From a virus, in UHGV virus genome UHGV-0885813: a stretch of 10,114 nt of DNA; one strand, written 5' to 3'. The notes beneath the pieces were generated by a model. The model saw nothing but the letters and a program-made list of their open reading frames with translations, was not told where the DNA came from and searched no databases. Position numbers and translations under genes: made by a program. Position 1 is the first letter of the stretch. Every line of letters begins with the position of its first letter. This document shows, in pieces, positions 6,340 to 10,114 of the stretch.

Positions 6340-8232
6340 CTAGGTGTTAGTGATTTTCTTCCATGCAGATGCTGTAGTACCAGTTGCTTTATACCACTCA
6401 AACTGACCAGCAGTCGTGTCAAGATATTCTTCTCCAATATATCTTGGAACTACATTGTTTATTGGGTTTTGCGCCTGTTTCCTAACAAAGAAACGATCAT
6501 CCCAAAGCTTTTGTGTTTCATAGTTTAGAAATGACATTCCAGCGATGGTTAATAATGGTGATCCTGATGATTGATTTGAATTAATATACATACTAATCAC
6601 ATGCCATCCTCGTGATGCTATATGTATACGTGCCGATTTTTGCGTATCATACGATGAGTTTCTATCTATTGAAAGTGTATTATCTTTAACATTTAAGTTT
6701 AATGTTGCCGATGGTTTTGATGTGATATCACCATTAATAATTTCAACAACTCTATCATCAAGAGAATATTGTGATTGAGGAAGTCCAAAATCAAGCTCTA
6801 TAGATAAAGCTGAATTTGCCACAATAATGCTTGGGGTGAAAATAAGATCATCCTCATCAGCGTAGAAGCATATAAACACTTTATTTCCATACTGGCTTGT
6901 TTCAACAACATAACCACCAGTGTAACTTGCTAACGGCGGGCTAACCATTGATGGTTTATTTAACTGAGTTCCCCATGCCCCATCCTTTAGCTTCATAGAT
7001 GTTTCGAAAGTTCTTACATTAATATTTGTTCCTGATTTAACTTTCGTTGGGTTATTAAATTTAGAAAGTAGAAATGCAAAAACTTTTGCCGCAAGGTATT
7101 TATAACCCTCTTCACGAAAATGAACATTATCACTAAATCTTGTTGAGTCAATACCGTAAAAAACTTCTACACCGTCAAGAACTGGTATTCCGTATTGTTC
7201 GCCAATATTAAAAACAGCTTCTCTATAAGCATCAAGAAGCCTTACATTTGCACCATATTGTTTCTGTGGAGGTGGAGTTATCAAAATTACAGCAGCCCCC
7301 TTCACAAGTTCTCTCGCAATTATTTTCTTATAATAAAAAATATAGTCTGATATTGACTGGTAAGGGCTGAATCCCTGTGCAGCATCATTTGTTCCGTACA
7401 TGATAATAGTTAAATCACTATTAACATTTACATCCCAATCACCCCACCCTAATTTAGTATTATCACCTGAATAGCCTTGGTTAATAACATTAATGGATGA
7501 TGAAAATGCTTGCTGAAGATAGCCTTGCAACGCCTGAGGGTAAGTTGTTGCTGCCCTTGTTTTATTATGAACACGACCTGATGCTGTAGGAGTTGTATCT
7601 GGTGGAGTCGGTGCAACTGTAGTGTCTTCTCCATATGTCAGGGAATCACCTCGGCAAACGATGGTTATCGCGTCTGAATCACGTGCTACCTTTTCTGCAT
7701 ACTTGCTAAGATTTAGTCTTTGTAGAGCGTGTAATTGTTTCCCTAGTATTATTTGCGATCCAATATCGACAGAGTCATCTGAAAGCGCGAGGTTCATAGC
7801 TTTGTCGGCAACATCAACAGAGTTTGCAATATCTTTTGCATGCTTACCTGCAATGATAACTTCGCTACCTTCTTGCGCTAATCTTTGCTCAAATTGGTCT
7901 GGATCGTACTTCAGCACATTAGGAAAATAGAACTGCTGCACACCGTACGCATCATAAACAGCCATAGAATGGCCTTGCACAGTTACGAACTTGGCAATCT
8001 GTCCGTTATATACCGGATATCCAGCGGCGTTAATGATGATTGGTTGCGAAACAGGAACGTGAGAGCCGTCTTCGTTCTCCACATAAACCTGAATCCGGTT
8101 TTCAGGATTTACCGGGTCAGTGTCAATTTTACCGATATAAATTTTGCCATTGGCTACGGCTTTAAAAGAACGCGCCATAGTGAAGAGTTGCGAAGGCATT
8201 CCAATAACAGCATTTGGGGTGATTTCCGACAT
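6340..8232 (-). CDS. tailspike protein: P22/Sf6-type head-binding N-terminus, central SGNH/GDSL hydrolase domain, uncharacterised C-terminal domain
   Basis: From the internal ATG (plus-strand 8230-8232, preceded by AGGA): [69 protein letters not shown] closely matches the P22 gp9 / Sf6 head-binding domain. Downstream are all four SGNH blocks in order: GDSLTYG (Ser codon at 7642-7644), [18 protein letters not shown] (His codon at 7120-7122). 630 aa from this start. Confidence 0.85.
   Translation of the reverse strand: MSEITPNAVIGMPSQLFTMARSFKAVANGKIYIGKIDTDPVNPENRIQVYVENEDGSHVPVSQPIIINAAGYPVYNGQIAKFVTVQGHSMAVYDAYGVQQFYFPNVLKYDPDQFEQRLAQEGSEVIIAGKHAKDIANSVDVADKAMNLALSDDSVDIGSQIILGKQLHALQRLNLSKYAEKVARDSDAITIVCRGDSLTYGEDTTVAPTPPDTTPTASGRVHNKTRAATTYPQALQGYLQQAFSSSINVINQGYSGDNTKLGWGDWDVNVNSDLTIIMYGTNDAAQGFSPYQSISDYIFYYKKIIARELVKGAAVILITPPPQKQYGANVRLLDAYREAVFNIGEQYGIPVLDGVEVFYGIDSTRFSDNVHFREEGYKYLAAKVFAFLLSKFNNPTKVKSGTNINVRTFETSMKLKDGAWGTQLNKPSMVSPPLASYTGGYVVETSQYGNKVFICFYADEDDLIFTPSIIVANSALSIELDFGLPQSQYSLDDRVVEIINGDITSKPSATLNLNVKDNTLSIDRNSSYDTQKSARIHIASRGWHVISMYINSNQSSGSPLLTIAGMSFLNYETQKLWDDRFFVRKQAQNPINNVVPRYIGEEYLDTTAGQFEWYKATGTTASAWKKITNT
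7066..7683 (-). other. SGNH/GDSL esterase domain within the tailspike
   Basis: Blocks I, II, III and V (GDSL, G, GxND, DxxH) span roughly residues 215-420 of the track ORF. Confidence 0.7.
7876..8232 (-). other. P22-like tailspike head-binding (particle-binding) domain
   Basis: About 115 aa with high similarity to the P22 gp9 N-terminus as recalled ([22 protein letters not shown]...[13 protein letters not shown]...NVLKYDPDQ). Confidence 0.75.
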
Positions 8233-8423
8233 GTGCACAATCCTATTAGATTGATTCGATAAAGAAGGGAAAGGAGTTAATGCTACAAATGACGCTATTG
8301 ATTTGAAAAATGATCTTCTGTTCATTTAAAACACACTTTAAGCATGACATTTGGTAGTAATGTAAGAAAAAATTACAATCAACTCCATAGCTATTTAATT
8401 TTTAACAGTAATTCACATCTGCA

Positions 8424-10114
8424 TTACCCTGACAACGCATCAGACTTAACGCCTTGGGTCAGCGCGTTAATTGCCTTTTGTGCCTGACGCAAGGCTTTCT
8501 CAAACGCTGTTGATCCGCGTGGGGTATTTGCCATCCGGAGCATTGCATTTCTGAATGGCTCGCTCTCATAGGCTCGAGTAAGAAGTCCGTAGCTTACTGC
8601 TGCGCCAGTTGTCGCCGGGTTCATTGCTGTCCCATATCCGATAATGAACGGGATGGTTTGCTGCCCTGTTGGTGTTGTTACTGCCGCTTTTGCAGCCTGC
8701 TGCGTGGATTGCAGGTAGTTTTTCAATCCTTTCAGATAAGCGGCTTCCTGACCTTTAAATGTGATGCCAGTCTGATTTTGCAGAATGTTAAGCTGTCGAA
8801 GGAACTGGTCAGGGGATCCGCCAGATTTCTCCATCGCCTTTCCAATGATGCCATTGCGCATTTGCGCCCTGCCAACACGACCAACTGAGTTATACAGAGT
8901 CTTAATTTCCGATTTGTTCTTGCTGAATAGCATGTTGTTGACAACTTCCGGCGTCAGGTCGCCTTTCATGAGAACATTCTTCAGCCTGGTATTCTTTAGT
9001 TTCGCCGCTTCGTCAGCGTAGACGGCATTGGCCTGCTGATATTTACGAAGAGTATCATTGCCAAGATTCTGACCAATGGCACCATTGATATCGTCGGTCA
9101 TCGCCTTGTAAACTCGCTGAATGGCAGCATCGGAACGGTTTGGTAACACTGGTCGCTCACCCTTCACGTCCATTCTGAACTGGCTGCGCAGATCGCTTAA
9201 TTGCTTCAAATCCAGATTTACCGGACCATCAGGACCAGCATTGCGAACAAGCTCATCACGATAGGACTGAAGTTTTGAAATAGTCTCGTTATCAGCAACC
9301 TTACCAAGCTTCTGCAGGTTAGATATTTCTGTATCAATCTGCTGAATTGCTCCAGCAGGCTGAATGTTTACTCCGGCCATAGCATTCTGAACCTGCTCCA
9401 GTCGATTACCGGCGGCACGACGAATTCCTGATGTTTTCGCTTTAAGGCTGTCAATAACAACCGCTGGATCATACTCACCGAATTTATCGGCAAATCTCTG
9501 CACCAACTGGCTTCTCGCTTCCTGTTGCGTTGCTCTCATTCCGCTTGTGCCAGCCAGAGGGATATTTTCTGCTGTAGTCTGCGCCATTTTTCCGACGCGG
9601 GAAGTAGGCGGTAACAGGTCTGTGGTGTGCAGAGGAACTCCTTCACGCTCTGCAAATCTGATAGCCTGCTGCGCTTCTGGTGCAATAGCACCACGAACGC
9701 CACGATAAGCAGCACCTAATCCACGTCCGGCAGCGTTAATAGCGCCGCCAGCCAGAACGCCAATGCCTAAATCGGTAGCGAGTGCTTCCGCATCATCTTT
9801 CGCACTATTTGCAGCAAGTGACCCGACTGCGTTTTCAGCGAGAAGGCGAGTTGCACCCTGAGCGATTCTACCAGCGAGTGTTGGTGCCTGTGTTGCCGCT
9901 CTCTCAATGCCAGCAGGAGTGAGGTAAGGCAATGCCTCAGCAAATACCCTGCCCTCTGTAGTTTGTGGAGTCAGCGCGCCTTGCTGAAGGCCAAAGTCCT
10001 GCTCTAATCCATGCGTTGTTACTCGTGGCGTTGGGTGATATGTCCCATCGCCAATTCCGAGTTTACCGCCAGCCCAAGCCGCCGCGCTTGTTACAGCATC
10101 GGCAACTGATGCAG
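8424..10114 (-). CDS. DNA-ejection/transfer protein, gp16-like; 5' end lies beyond the window
   Basis: I translated 9933-10114 on the - strand and found the frame open to the window edge with no start codon, so the 502-aa track ORF is a truncation. Gly/Ala/Gln-rich composition and position immediately upstream of the tailspike fit P22 gp16 / Sf6 ejection protein; the assignment is by synteny and composition, not a verified alignment. Confidence 0.65.
   Translation of the reverse strand, partial: ASVADAVTSAAAWAGGKLGIGDGTYHPTPRVTTHGLEQDFGLQQGALTPQTTEGRVFAEALPYLTPAGIERAATQAPTLAGRIAQGATRLLAENAVGSLAANSAKDDAEALATDLGIGVLAGGAINAAGRGLGAAYRGVRGAIAPEAQQAIRFAEREGVPLHTTDLLPPTSRVGKMAQTTAENIPLAGTSGMRATQQEARSQLVQRFADKFGEYDPAVVIDSLKAKTSGIRRAAGNRLEQVQNAMAGVNIQPAGAIQQIDTEISNLQKLGKVADNETISKLQSYRDELVRNAGPDGPVNLDLKQLSDLRSQFRMDVKGERPVLPNRSDAAIQRVYKAMTDDINGAIGQNLGNDTLRKYQQANAVYADEAAKLKNTRLKNVLMKGDLTPEVVNNMLFSKNKSEIKTLYNSVGRVGRAQMRNGIIGKAMEKSGGSPDQFLRQLNILQNQTGITFKGQEAAYLKGLKNYLQSTQQAAKAAVTTPTGQQTIPFIIGYGTAMNPATTGAAVSYGLLTRAYESEPFRNAMLRMANTPRGSTAFEKALRQAQKAINALTQGVKSDALSG

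Larger units (their letters stand above)
1..10114. mobile_element. P22/Sf6-like temperate phage segment in attP (excised or virion) configuration: early-left operon, excisionase, attP, integrase, conversion gene, tailspike, ejection protein
   Basis: Gene order and content: AlpA-type RDF and P4-family integrase flanking an argW-like core, Oac-like acyltransferase next to int, P22-type tailspike head-binding domain, gp16-like gene upstream of the tailspike. No complete tRNA gene is present. Confidence 0.7.

Noticed and set aside
6219-6437. 72-aa - strand ORF spanning the oac/tailspike intergenic region
   Set aside because: It overlaps the terminator hairpin and the tailspike 3' end in another frame, and has no ribosome-binding site.
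8233-8325. N-terminal extension of the tailspike ORF ([25 protein letters not shown]...) resembling a twin-arginine (Tat) signal peptide
   Set aside because: Homology to the P22/Sf6 head-binding domain begins at the internal Met (MSEITPNAV...), which has its own AGGA Shine-Dalgarno. A secreted virion tailspike makes no biological sense, so the extension is most likely untranslated leader read as ORF.
7449-9021. Short ORFs inside the tailspike and ejection genes (- 7449-7634; + 7622-7930, 7885-8262, 8658-8888, 8785-9021; - 8732-8944)
   Set aside because: They are antisense or out of frame relative to long, well-supported genes, so are shadow ORFs.
1-10114. CRISPR arrays, insertion sequences, rRNA
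   Set aside because: No regularly spaced direct repeats, no transposase-like ORFs with terminal inverted repeats, and no rRNA-like sequence were seen.

Overview
This window reads as the attP-spanning segment of a P22/Sf6-like temperate phage of Enterobacteriaceae, related to the E. coli KplE1 (CPS-53) element that uses the argW tRNA site. The + strand carries a tightly packed early operon of small genes (27-3249; Ead/Ea22-like, Zn-ribbon, DUF551, ASCH-like), then a TorI/AlpA-type excisionase (3307-3507), an attP core matching the argW 3' end (3581-3595), and an IntS-type tyrosine integrase (3757-4914). An AT-rich Oac-like O-antigen acyltransferase follows (5226-6215) but is broken by an in-frame TAG at a conserved Trp codon. 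Converging on the - strand are a mosaic tailspike (6340-8232) with a P22-type head-binding N-terminus fused to a complete SGNH/GDSL esterase motif set, and a gp16-like DNA-ejection gene running off the window edge (8424->10114). The most interesting features are the esterase tailspike sitting beside the broken acyltransferase, and the excisionase gene lying between two halves of an argW-like 30-mer. All homology calls come from reading the translations and from memory of protein families and the argW sequence; no searches were run.
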